Shown in pieces: positions 41,651 to 55,500 of a stretch of 64,000 nt of DNA (position 1 is its first letter; every line of letters starts with the position of its first letter). The notes under the pieces are model-generated. The model did no database searches and was not told the DNA's origin. It saw only the letters and a list, made by a program, of their open reading frames with translations. Source of the stretch: the human T2T-CHM13v2.0 reference genome, Homo sapiens; NCBI RefSeq assembly GCF_009914755.1, contig NC_060933.1; one strand, given 5' to 3'. Made by a program: the position numbers and the translations under genes.

Positions 41651-44600
41651 CCATTCCATTGCATTCCATTCCATTCCATTCCATTCCTTTCCGTTCCATT
41701 CCATTTCATTACATTCAGATTGATTCTATTCAATTCCCTTACACTCCATTATATTCCAATCCATTCTGGTTGTTTCCATTCCATTCCATTCCATTTCACT
41801 CCATTCCTTTGCACTCGGGTTGATTCCATTCCATTCCATTCCATTCCATTCCGGATGATTCCATTCCATTGCATTCCATTCCATTCCATTCCCCTGCACT
41901 CGGGTTGATTCCATTGCAGTCCATTACATTACATTCCGTTCCATTACATTCCATTCCATTCGGATTGATTCTATTCAATTCCCTTACACTTCATTACATT
42001 CCATTCCATTCGGGTAGTTTCCATTCCATTCCATTCCTTTCCTCTCTATTCCATTGCACTCGGGTTGATTCCATTCCATTCCATTCCATTCCATTCCATT
42101 CCATTCCATTCCATTCCATTGTACTCGGGTTGATTCCATTCCATTGCATTCCATTCCATTCCATTCCATTCCATTCCGTTCCATTCCATTCCATTACATT
42201 CGGATTGATTCTATTCAACTCCCTTACTCTCCATTACATTCCATTCCATTCGGGTTGTTCCATTCCATTCCATTCCATTCCAATCCATTCCATGGCACTC
42301 GGGTTGGTTCCATTCCATTCCATTCCATTGCATTCCATTCCATTCCATTCGATTCCATTCCATTCGATTCCATTCCATTCCAATTCTTTCCATTCCATTC
42401 TATTCTGTACCATTCCATTCCATTCCATACAATTCCATTCCATTCCATTCCATTCCATTCCATTCCATTCGGTTACTTTCCGTTCCGTTCCGTTCCATAC
42501 CATTCCATTCCATTCTATTCGGGTTAATTCCATTCCATTCCATTCCATTCCATTCCATTCCATTCTATTCCATTTCATTGCAATCGAGTTGAATCCATTG
42601 CATTCCATTCCATTCCATTCCATTCCATTCCATTCCATTCCATTCCTTTACATTCCATTACGGATGATTCCATTCCATTGCATTACATTCCATTCCATTC
42701 CCCTGTACTCGGGTTGATTCCATTCCATTCCATTCCATTCCATTCTAATCCATTCCATTCCATTCCATTCCGTAAGATTCCATTCCATTTCATTCCATTC
42801 CATTCCATTCCCCTGCACTCACGTTGATTCCTTTCCATTCCATTCCTTTCCATTCCATTCCGTTCCGTTCCGTTCCATTCCATTCCATTCCATTCCATTC
42901 CGTTCCGTTCCGTTCCGTTCCGTTCCGTTCCATTCCATTCCATTCCATTCTATTCGGGTTAATTCCATTCCATTCCATTCCATTCCATTCCATTCCAATC
43001 GAGTTGATTCCATTCCATTCCATTCCAGTCCATTCTATTCCATTCCACTCCATTCCAGTCCTTTCCATTCCATTCCACTCGGGTTGATTCCAATGTATTC
43101 CTTTCCATTCCATTCCATTCCATTGCAATCGAGTAGATTCCATTGCTTTGCATTCCACTCCATTCCATTCCATTCCGGATGATTGCATTCCATTGCATTC
43201 CATTCCATTCCATTCCCCTGCACTCGGGTTGATTCCATTCCATTCCACTCCATTCCGTTCCATTCCATTCCATGCCATTGTATTCGGGTTAATTCCATTC
43301 CATTCCATTCCATTCCATTCCATTCCATTACAATCGAGTTGATTCCATTCCATTCCATTCCATTCCAGTCCTTTCCATTCCATTCCACTCGGGTTGATTC
43401 CATTCTATTAGTTTCCATTCCATTCCATTCCCTTCCATTCCACTCTGGTTGATTCCATTCCTTTCCATTCCACTCGAATACATTCCCTCCTATTCCACTC
43501 GGAACCATTCCATTCCATTCCATTCCATTCCATTCCATTCCATTCCATTCCATTTCATTCCATTCCATTCTATTCCGTATCATTCCATTCCATTCCATTC
43601 CATTCTATTCCATTCCATTCCATTCCATTGTACTCGGGTTGATTCAATTCCATTGCATTCCATTCCATTCTATTCCATTCCATTCCGTTGCATTCCATTC
43701 CATTACATTCGGATTGATTCTATTCAACTCCCTTACTCTCCATTACATTCCATTCCATTCGGGTTGTTCCATTCCATTCCATTCCATTGCACTCCATTCC
43801 ATTGCACTCGGGTTGATTCCATTCCATTCCATTCCATTCCATTCCATTCCATTCCATTCCGGATGATTCCATTCCATTGCATTCCGTTCCATTACATTCC
43901 CCTGCACTCGCGTTGATTCCATTCCATTCCATTCAATTCCATTCCATTACAATTCGTTCCATTCCATTCTATTCCGTACCATTCCATTCCATTCCATACC
44001 ATTCCATTCCATTCCATTCCATTCCGTTCCATTCCGTTCCATTCCATTCCATTCCATTCTATTCGAATTAATTCCATTCCATTCCATTCAATTCCATTCT
44101 ATTCCATTCCATTGCAATAGAGTTGAATCCATTGCATTTCATTCCATTCCATTCCATTCCATTCCATTCCGGAAGATTCCAATCCATTGCATTCCATTCC
44201 ATTCCATTCCCCTGCACTCGCGTTGATTCCATTCCATTCCATTCCATTCCATTCCATTCCATTCCATTCCATTCCATTCCGTTCCGTTCTATTCCATTCC
44301 ATTCCATTCCATTCCATTCCATTCCGTTCCGTTCCATTCCATTCCATTCCATTCTATTCGGGTTAATTCCATTCCATTCCATTCGATTGCAATCGAGTTG
44401 ATTCCATTCCCTAACATTCCATTCCATTCCATTCCATTCCATTCCATTCCTTTCCATTCCATTACGGATGATTCCATTCCATTCCATTCCATTCTTTTCC
44501 ATTCCATTGCAATCGAGTTGAATCCATTGCATTCCATTCTATTCCATTCCATTCCATTTCATTCAATTCCGGAAGATTCCATTCCATTGCATTCCATTCC

Positions 44601-47600
44601 ATTCCATTCCATTACATTCCATTCCTTTCCATTCGATTGTACTCGGGTTGATTCCATTCCATTGCATTCCATTCCATTCCATTCCATTCCATTCCATTCC
44701 GTTCCATTCCATTCCATTACATTCGGATTGATTCTTTTCAACTCCCTTACTCTCCATTAGATTCCATTCCATTCGGGTTGTTCCATTCCATTCCTTTCCA
44801 TTCCACTCCATTCCATTGCACTCGGGTTGATTCCATTCCATTCCATTCCATTCCATTCCGGATGATTCCATTCCATTGCATTCTGTTCCATTACGTTCCC
44901 CTGCACTCGGGTTGATTCCATTCCATTCCTTTCCATTCCATTCGATTCCATTCCATTCCCCTGCACTCGCCTTGATTCCATTCCATTCCACTCCGTTCCA
45001 ATGCATTCCATTCCATTCCTTTCCGTTCCATTCCATTCCATTCCGTTCCGTTCCATTCCATTCCATTCCATTCTATTCGGGTTAATTCCATTCCATTCCA
45101 TTCGATTGCAATCGAGTTGATTCCATTCCATTCCATTCCATTCCATTCCAGTCCTTTCCATTCCTTTCCATTCCATTACTGATGATTCCATTCCATTGCA
45201 TTCCATTCCATTCCATTCCCCTGTACTGGGGTTGATTCCATTCCATTCCATTCCAATCCATGCCATTCCACTCGTGTAGATTCCATTCTTTCCTTTCCAT
45301 TCAAGTTGAATCCATTCCATTGCATTCCATTCCATTCCATTCCCCTGCAGTCGGGTTGATTCCATTCCATTCCATTCCATTCCATTCCATTCCATTCCAT
45401 TCCGTTCCGTTCCATTCCATTCCATTCCTTTCTATTCGAGTTAATTCCATTCCATTCCATTCCATTCCATTCCATTCCAATTAAGTTGATTCCATTCCAT
45501 TCCATTCCATTCCATTCCATTCCATTCCATTCCATTCCATTCCGTTCCATTGTACTCGGGTTGATTCCATTCCATTGCATTCCATTCAATTCCATTTCGT
45601 TCCATTCCGTTCCTTTCCATTCCATTACATTCGGATTGATTCTATTCAACTCCCTAACTCTCCATTACATTACATTCCATTCGGGTTGTTCCATTCCATT
45701 CCATTCCATTCCACTCCATTCCATTGCACTCGGGTTGATTCCATTCCATTCCATTCCATTCAATTCCATTCCATTCCATTCCGGATGATTCCATTCCATT
45801 GCATTCCGTTCCATTACATTCCCCTGCACTCGGGTTGATTCCATTCCATTCCACTCCATTCCATTCGATTCCATTCCATTCCAATTCTTTCCATTCCATT
45901 CTATTCCGTAACATTCCATTCCATTCCATACAATTCCATTCCATTCCATTCCACTCCCTTCCGTTCCGTTCCGTTCCGTTCCATTCCATTCCATTCCATT
46001 CTATTCGGTTTAATTCCATTCCATTCCATTCCATTCTATTCCATTCCATTGCAATGGAGTTGAATCCATTGCATTCCATTCCATTCCATTCCATTCCATT
46101 CCATTCCATTCCATTCCGGAAGATTCCATTCCATTGCATTCCATTCCATTCCATTCCATTCCATTCCATTCCATTGTAGTCGGGTTGATTCCATTCCATT
46201 GCATTCCATTCCATTCCATTCCATTCCATTCCATTCCGTTCCATTCCGTTCCATTACATTCGGATTGATTCTTTTCAACTCCCTTTCTCTCCATTACATT
46301 CCATTCCATTCGGGTTGTTCCATTCCATTCCTTTCCATTCCACTCTATTCCATTGCACTCGGGTTGATTCCATTCCATTCCATTCCATTCCATTCCGGAT
46401 GATTCCATTCCATTGCATTCCGTTCCATTACATTCCCCTGCACTCGGGTTGATTCCATTCCATTCCATTCCATTCCATTCGATTCCATTCTATTCCCCTG
46501 CACTCGCGTTGATTCCATTCCATTCCATTCCATTCCATTCCATTCCATTCCATTCCTTTCCATTCCAGTCCTTTCCATTCCATCCCACTCGGGTTGATTC
46601 CATTCTATTAGTTTCCATTACATTCTATTCCCTTCCATTCCACTCTGGTTGATTCCATTCCTTTCCATTCCACTCGAATACATTCCCTCCTATTCCACTC
46701 GGAACGATTCCATTCCATTCCATTCCATTCCATTCCATTCCATTCCATTCCATTCCATTTCGTTGCATTCCATTCTATTCCGTATCATTCCATTCCATTC
46801 CATTCCATTCCATTCCATTCCATTCCATTCCACTCGTGTTGATTCCATTCCTTTCCATTCCATTCGGTTTCAAGGCATTCCATTCCATTCCATTCCATTC
46901 CACTCCATTCCATTCCATTCCATTCTATTCCATTGTACTCGGGTTGATTCCATTCCATTGCATTCCATTCCATTCCATTCCATTCCTTTCCATTCCGTTG
47001 CATTCCATTCCATTACATTCGGATTGATTCTATTCAACTCCCTTACTCTCCATTACATTCCATTCCATTCGGGTTGTTCCATTCCATTCCATTCCATTCC
47101 ATTCCACTCCATTCCATTGCACTCGGGTTTATTCCATTCCATTCCATTCCATTCCATTCCATTCCGGATGATTCCATTCGATTGCATTCCGTTCCATTAC
47201 ATTCCCCTGCACTCGCGTTGATTCCATTCCATTCCATTCCATTCCATTCCATCCATTCCGTTCCATTCCGTTCCATTCCATTCCATTCCATTCTATTCGG
47301 GTTAATTCCATTCCATTCCATTCCATTCCATTCCATTCTATTCCCTTCCATTGCAATCGAGTTGAATCCATTGCATTTCATTCCATTCCATTCCATTCCA
47401 TTCCATTCCATTCCGGAAGATTCCATTCCATTGCATTCCATTCCATTCCATTCCCCTGCACGCGCGTTGATTCCATTCCATTCCATTCCATTCCATTCCA
47501 TCCATTCTGTTCCGTTCCGTTCCATTCCATTCTATTCCATTCCATTCCATTCCGTTCCGTTCCATTCCATTCCATTCCATTCTATTCGGGTTAATTCCAT

Positions 47601-49570
47601 TCCATTCCATTCGATTGCAATCGAGTTGATTCCATTCCATTCCATTCCACTCCATTCCATTCCTTTCCATTCCATTACGGATGATTCCATTCCATTGCAT
47701 TCCATTCCATTCCATTCCCCTGTACTCGGGTTGATTCCATTCCATTCCATTCCAATCCATGCCATTCCACTCGTGTTGATTCCATTCTTTCCATTCCATT
47801 CAAGTTGAATCCATTTCATTGCATTCCATTCCATTGGATTCCATTCGATTGCACTCGGGTTGATTCCATTACATTGCATTCCATTCCATTCCATTCCATT
47901 CCATTCCATTCCATTGCGTTCCATTCCATTCCATTACATTCGGATTGATTTTATTCAATTCCCTTACACTCCATTACATTCCATTCCATTCGGGTAGTTT
48001 CCATTCCATTCCATTCCATTCCTCTCCATTCCATTGCACTCGGGTTGATTCCATTCCATTCCATTCCATTCAATTCCATTCCGTTCCATTCCATTCCATT
48101 ACATTCGGATTGATTCTATTCAACTCCCTTGCTCTCCATTACATTCCATTCAATTCGGGTTGTTCCATTCCATTCCATTCCATTCCACTCCATTCCATTG
48201 CACTCGGGATTATTCCATTCCATTCCATTCCATTCCATTCCGTTCCATTCCATTCCGGAAGTTTCCATTCCATTGCATTCCATTCCATTCCATTCCCCTG
48301 CACTCGCGTTGATTCCATTCCATTCCATTCCATTCCATTCCATTCCATTCCTTTCCGTTCCATTCCATTCCATTCCATTCCATTCCAATCCATTCCATTC
48401 CGTTCCGTTCCGTTCCATTCCATTCCATTCTATTCTATTCGGGTTAATTCCATTCCATTCCATTCGATTGCAATCGAGTTGATTCCATTCCATTCTATTC
48501 CATTCCATTCCATTCCATTCCATTCCTTTCCATTCCATTACGGATGATTCCATTCCATTGCATTCCATTCCATTCCATTCCCCTGTACTCGGGTTGATTC
48601 CATTCCATTCCATTCCCATCCATGCCATTCCACTCGTGTTGATTCCATTCTTCCCATTCCATTCAAGTTGAATCCATTCCATTGCATTCCATTCCATTCC
48701 ATTCCCCTGCAGTCGGGTTGATTCCATTCCATTCCATTCCATTCCATTCCATTCCATTCCGTACCGTTCCATTCCATTCCATTCCATTCCGTTCCGTTCC
48801 ATTCCATTCCATTCCATTCTATTCGGGTTAATTCCATTCCATTCCATTCGATTGCAATCGAGTTGATTCCTTTCCATTCCACTCCATTCCATTCCATTCC
48901 TTTCCATTCCATTACGGATGATTCCATTCCATTGCATTCCATTCCATTCCATTCCCCTATACTCGGGTTGATTCCATTCCATTCCATTCCAATCCATGCC
49001 ATTCCACTCGTGTTGATTCCATTCTTTCCATTCCATTCAAGTTGAATCCATTCCATTGCATTCCATTCCATTCGATTCCATTCGATTGCACTCGGGTTGA
49101 TTCCATTCCATTGCATTCCATTCCATTCCATTCCATTCCATTCCATTCCATTCCATTCCGTTCCATTCCATTTCATTACATTCAGATTGATTCTATTCAA
49201 TTCCCTTACACTCCATTATATTCCAATCCATTCTGGTTGTCTCCATTCCATTCCATTCCATTTCACTCCATTCCATTGCACTCGGGTTGATTCCATTCCA
49301 TTCCATTCCATTGCATTCCATTCCATTCCATTCCGGATGATTCCATTCCATTGCATTCCATTCCATTCCATTCCCCTGCACTCGGGTTGATTCCATTCCA
49401 TTCCATTCCATTCCATTCCGTTCCATTCCACTCCATTCCATTCGGATTGCTTCTATTCAATTCCCTTACACTCCATTACATTCCATTCCATTCGTTTAGT
49501 TTCCATTCCATTCCATTCCATTCCTCTCCATTTCATTGCACTCGGGTTGATTCCATTCCATTCCATTCCA

Positions 49571-49610
49571 TTACATTACATTACATTTCATTACATTACA
49601 TTACATTACA
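49571..49610 (+). repeat. (TTACA)n variant-pentamer run
   Basis: ttacattacattacatttcattacattacattacattaca replaces (TTCCA)n in register. Confidence 0.9.
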
Positions 49611-52227
49611 TTCCATTGTACTCGGGTTGATTCCATTCCATTGCATTCCATTCCATTCCATTGCATTCCATTCCATTCCATTCCATTCCGTTCCATTCCA
49701 TTACATTCGGATTGATTCTGTTCAAGTCCCTTACTCTCCATTACATTCCATTCCATTCGGGTTGTTCCATTCCATTCCATTCCATTCCACTCCATTCCAT
49801 TGCGCTCGGGTTGATTCCATTCCATTCCATTCCATTCCATTCCATTCCATTCCATTCCATTCCGGATGATTCCATTCCATTGCATTCCGTTCCATTACAT
49901 TCCCCTGCACTCGGGTTGATTCCATTCCATTCCATTCCATTCCATTCGATTCTATTCCATTCCAATTCTTTCCATTCCATTCTATTCCGTACCATTCCAT
50001 TCCATTCCATACAATTCCATTCCATTCCATTCCACTGCGTTCGGTTCCGTTCCGTTCTGTTCCGTTCCATTCCATTCCATTCCATTCTCTTCGGTTTAAT
50101 TCCATTCCATTCCATTCCATTCCATTCCATTCTATTCCATTACATTGCAATTGAGTTGAATCCATTGCATTCCATTCCATTCCATTCCATTCCATTCCGG
50201 AAGATTCCATTCCATTGCATTCCATTCCATTCCATTCCATTCCATTCCATTCCATTCCATTCCATTCCATTGTACTCGGGTTGATTCCATTCCACTGCAT
50301 TGCATTCCATTCCATTCCATTCCATTCCATTCCGTTCCATTCCATTCCATTACATTCGGATTGATTCTTTTCAACTCCCTTACTCTCCATTACATTCCAT
50401 TCCATTCGGGTTGTTCCATTCCATTCCATTCCATTCCACTCCATTCCATTGCACTCGGGTTGATTCCATTCCATTCCATTCCATTCCATTCCATTCCGGA
50501 TGATTCCATTCCATTGCATTCCGTTCCATTACATTCCCCTGCACTCGGGTTGATTCCACTCCATTCCTTTCCAATCCATGCCATTCCACTCGTGTTGGTT
50601 CCATTCTTTCCATTCCATTCAAGTTGAATCCATTCCATTGCATTCCATTCCATTCCATTCCCCTGCAGTCGGGTTGATTCCATTCCATTCCATTCCATGC
50701 CATTCCATTCCATTCCATTCCGTTCCGTTCCATTCCATTCCATTCTATTCGGGTTAATTCCATTCCATTCCATTCCATTCCATTCCAATCGAGTTGATTC
50801 CTTTCCATTCCATTCCATTCCATTCCATTCCACTCCATTCCAGTCCTTTCCATTCCAATCCACTCGGGTTGATTCCAATGTATTCCTTTCCATTCCATTG
50901 CATTCCATTGCAATCGAGTTGATTCCATTGCTTTGCATTCCATTCCATTCCATTCCATTCCATTCCGGAAGATTCCATTCCATTGCATTCCATTCCATTC
51001 CATTCCCCTGCACTCGCATTGATTCCATTCCATTCCATTCCATTCCATTCCATTCCGTTCCGTTCCATTCCATTCCATTCCATTCGATTCCGTTCCGTTC
51101 CATTCCATTCCATTCCATTCTATTCGGGTTAATTCCATTCCATTCCATTCGATTGCAATCGAGTTGATTCCATTCCATTCCATTCCATTCCATTCCATTC
51201 CATTCCATTCCGTTCCTTTCCATTCCATTACGGATGATTCCATTCCATTGCATTCCATTCCATTCCATTCCCCTGTACTCGGGTTGATTCCATTCCATTC
51301 CATTCCAATCCATGCCATTCCACTCGTGTTGATTCCATTCTTTCCATTGCATTCAAGTTGAATCCATTCCATTGCATTCCATTCCATTCGATTCCATTCG
51401 ATTGCACTCGGGTTGATTCCATTCCATTGCATTCCATTCCATTCCATTACATTCGAATTGATTCTATTCAATTCCCTAACACTCCATTACATTCCATTCC
51501 ATTCGGGTAGTTTCCATTCCATTCCATTCCATTCCTCTCCATTCCACTGCACTCGGGTTGATTCCATCCCATTGCATTCCATTCCATTCCATTCAATTCC
51601 ATTCCGTTCCATTCCATTCCATTACATTCGGATTGATTCTATTCAACTCCCTTACTCTCCGTTACATTCCATTCCATTCGGGTTGTTCCATTCCATTCCA
51701 TTCCATTCCACTCCATTCCATTGCACTCGGGTTGATTCCATTCCATTCCATTCCATTCCATTCCGGATGATTCCATTCCATTGCATTCCGTTCCATTACA
51801 TTCCCCTGCACTCGGGTTGATTCCATTCCATTCCATTCTATTCCATTCGATTCCATTCCATTCCCCTGCACTCGCGTTGATTCCATTCCATTCCATTCCA
51901 TTCCATTCCATTCCATTCCATTATATTCCATTCCATTCCTTTCCATTCCAGTCCTTTCCATTCCATTCCACTCAGGTTGATTCCATTCTATTAGTTTCCA
52001 ATCCATTCCATTCCCTTCCATTCCACTCTGGTTGATTCCATTCCTTTCCATTCCACTCGAATACATTCCCTCCTATTCCACTCGGAACGATTCCATTCCA
52101 TTCCATTCCATTCCATTCCGTTCCATTCCATTCCACTCGTGTTGATTCCATACCTTTCCATTCCATTCGGTTTGAAGGCATTCCATTCCATTCCATTCCA
52201 TTACATTCCATTCCATTCCATTCTATT

Positions 52228-52547
52228 CCTTTCCATTTCATTGTACTCGGGGTGATTCCATTCCATTGCATTCCATTCCATTCCATTCCGTTGCATTCCA
52301 TTCCATTACATTCGGATTGATTCTATTCAACTCCCTTACTCTCCATTATATTCCATTCCATTACATTCCATTCCATTCCATTCCATTCCTTTCCATTTCA
52401 TTGTACTCGGGGTGATTCCATTCCATTGCATTCCATTCCATTCCATTCCATTCCATTCCGCTGCATTCCATTCCATTACATTCGGATTGATTCTATTCAA
52501 CTCCCTTATTCTCCATTACATTCCATTCCATTCGGGTTGTTCCATTC
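52228..52547 (+). repeat. ~160-bp tandem duplication
   Basis: The private variant cctttccatttcattgtactcggggtgattcc occurs at ~52228 and ~52388. Confidence 0.82.
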
Positions 52548-55500
52548 CATTCCATTCCATTCCATTCCACTCCATTCCATTGCACTCGGGTTGATTCCAT
52601 TCCATTCCATTCCATTCCATTCCATTCCATTCCGGATGATTCCATTCCATTGCATTCCGTTCCATTACATTCCCCTGCACTCGCGTTGATTCCATTCCAT
52701 TCCATTCCATTCAATTCCATTCCATTACAATTCGTTCCATTCCATTCTATTCCGTACCATTCCATTCCATTCCATGCCATTCCATTCCATTCCATTCCAT
52801 TCCATTCCGTTCCATTCCGTTCCATTCCATTCCATTCCATTCCATTCTATTCGGGTTAATTCCATTCCATTCCATTCCATTCCATTCCATTCTATTCCAT
52901 TCCATTACAATCGAGTTGAATCCATTGCATTTCATTCCATTCCATTCCATTCCATTCCATTCCATTCCGGAAGATTCCATTCCATTGCATTCCATTCCAT
53001 TCCATTCCCCTGCACTCGCGTTGATTCCATTCCATTCCATTCCATTCCATTCCATTCCATTCCGTTCCGTTCCATTCCATTCCATTCCATTCCATTCCGT
53101 TCCGTTCCATTCCATTCCATTCCATTCTATTCGGGTTAATTCCATTCCATTCCATTCGATTGCAATCGAGTTGATTCCATTCCATTCCATTCCATTCCAT
53201 TCCATTCCATTCCATTCCATTCCATTCCTTTCCATTCCATTACGGATGATTCCATTCCATTGCATTCCGTTCCATTCCATTCCCCTGTACTCGGGTTGAT
53301 TCCATTCCATTCCATTCCAATCCATGCCATTCCACTCGTGTTGATTCCATTCTTTCCATTCCATTCAAGTTGAATCCATTCCATTGCATTCCATTCCATT
53401 CGATTCCATTCCATTCCATTCCGTTCCATTCCATTTCATTACATTCAGATTGATTCTATTCAATTCCCTTACACTCCATTATATTCCAATCCATTCTGGT
53501 TGTTTCCATTCCATTCCATTCCATTTCACTCCATTCCATTGCACTCGGGTTGATTCCATTCCATTCCATTCCATTGCAATCCATTCCATTCCATTCCGGA
53601 TGATTCCATTCCATTGCATTCCTTTCCATTCCATTCCCCTGCAATCAGGTTGATTCCATTCCATTCCATTCCATTACATTCCGTTCCATTCCATTCCATT
53701 CCATTCGGATTGATTCTATTCAATTCCCTTACACTCCATTACATTCCATTCCATTCGGGTAGTTTCCATTCCATTCCATTCCATTCCTCTCCATTCCATT
53801 GCACTCGGGTTGATTCCATTCCATTGCATTCCATTCCATTCCATTCAATTCCATTCCGTTCCATTCCATTCCATTACATTCGGATTGATTCTATTCAACT
53901 CCCTTACTCTCCATTACATTCCATTCCATTCGGGTTGTTCCATTCCATTTCATTCCATTCCACTCCATTCCATTGCACTCGGGTTGATTCCATTCCATTC
54001 CATTCCATTCCATTCCATTCCATTCCATTCCATTACAATCGAATTGATTCCATTCCATTCCATTCTATTCCAGTCCTTTCCATTCCGTTCCACTCGGGTT
54101 GAATCCATTCTATTAGTTTCCATTCCATTCCATTCCCTTCCATTCCACGCTTGTTGACTCCATTCCTTTCCATTCCACTCGAATACATTCCCTCCTATTC
54201 CACTCGGAACGATTCCATTCCATTCCATTCCATTCCATTCCATTCCATTCCATTCTATTGTACTCGGGTTGATTCCATTCCATTGCATTCCATTCCATTC
54301 CATTCCATTCCATTCCATTCCGTTCCATTCCATTACATTCGGATTGATTCTTTTCAACTCCCTTACTCACCATTACATTCCATTCCATTCGGATTGTTCC
54401 ATTCCATTCCATTCCATTCCACTCCATTCCATTGCACTCGGGTTGATTCCATTCCATTCAATTCCATTCCATTCCGGATGATTCCATTCCATTGCATTCC
54501 GTTCCATTACATTCCCCTGCACTCGGGTTGATTCCATTCCATTCCATTCTATTCCATTCGATTCCATTCCATTCCCCTGCACTCGCGTAGATTCCATTCC
54601 ATTCCATTCCATTCCATTCCATTGCATTCCTTTCCATTCCAGTCCTTTCCATTCCATTCCACTCAGGTTGATTCCATTCTATTAGTTTCCAATCCATTCC
54701 ATTCCCTTCCATTCCACTCTGGTTGATTCCATTCCTTTCCATTCCACTCGAATACATTCCCTCCCATTCCACTCGGAACGATTCCATTCCATTCCATTCC
54801 ATTCCATTCCATTCCATTCCACTCGTGTTGATTCCATTCCTTTCCATTCCATTCGGTTTGAAGGCATTCCATTCCATTCCGTTCCATTCCATTCCATTCC
54901 ATTCCATTTCATTGTACTCGGGTTGATTCCATTCCATTGCATTCCATTCCATTCCATTCCTTTCCATTACGTTGTATTCCATTCCATTACATTCGGATTG
55001 ATTCTATTCAACTCCCTTACTCTCCATTACATTCCATTCCATTCGGGTTGTTCCATCCCATTCCATTCCATTCCATTCCACTCCATTCCATTGCACTCGG
55101 GTTGATTCCATTCTATTGCATTCCATTCCATTCCATTCCGGATGATTCCATTCCATTGCATTCCGTTCCATTGCATTCCCCTGCACTCGCGTTGATTCCA
55201 TTCCATTCCATTCCATTCCATTCCATTCCATTCCATTCCGTTCCATTCCGTTCCATTCCATTCCATTCCATTCTATTCGGGTTATTTCCATTCCATTCCA
55301 TTCCATTCCATTCCATTCCATTCCACTCCATTCCATTGCACTCGGGTTGATTCCATTCCATTCCATTCCATTCCATTCCATTCCATTCCATTCCATTCCG
55401 GAAGATTCCATTCCATTGCATTCCATTCCATTCCATTCCCCTGCACTCGCGTTGATTCCATTCCATTCCATTCCATTCCATTCCATTCCATTCCGTTCCG

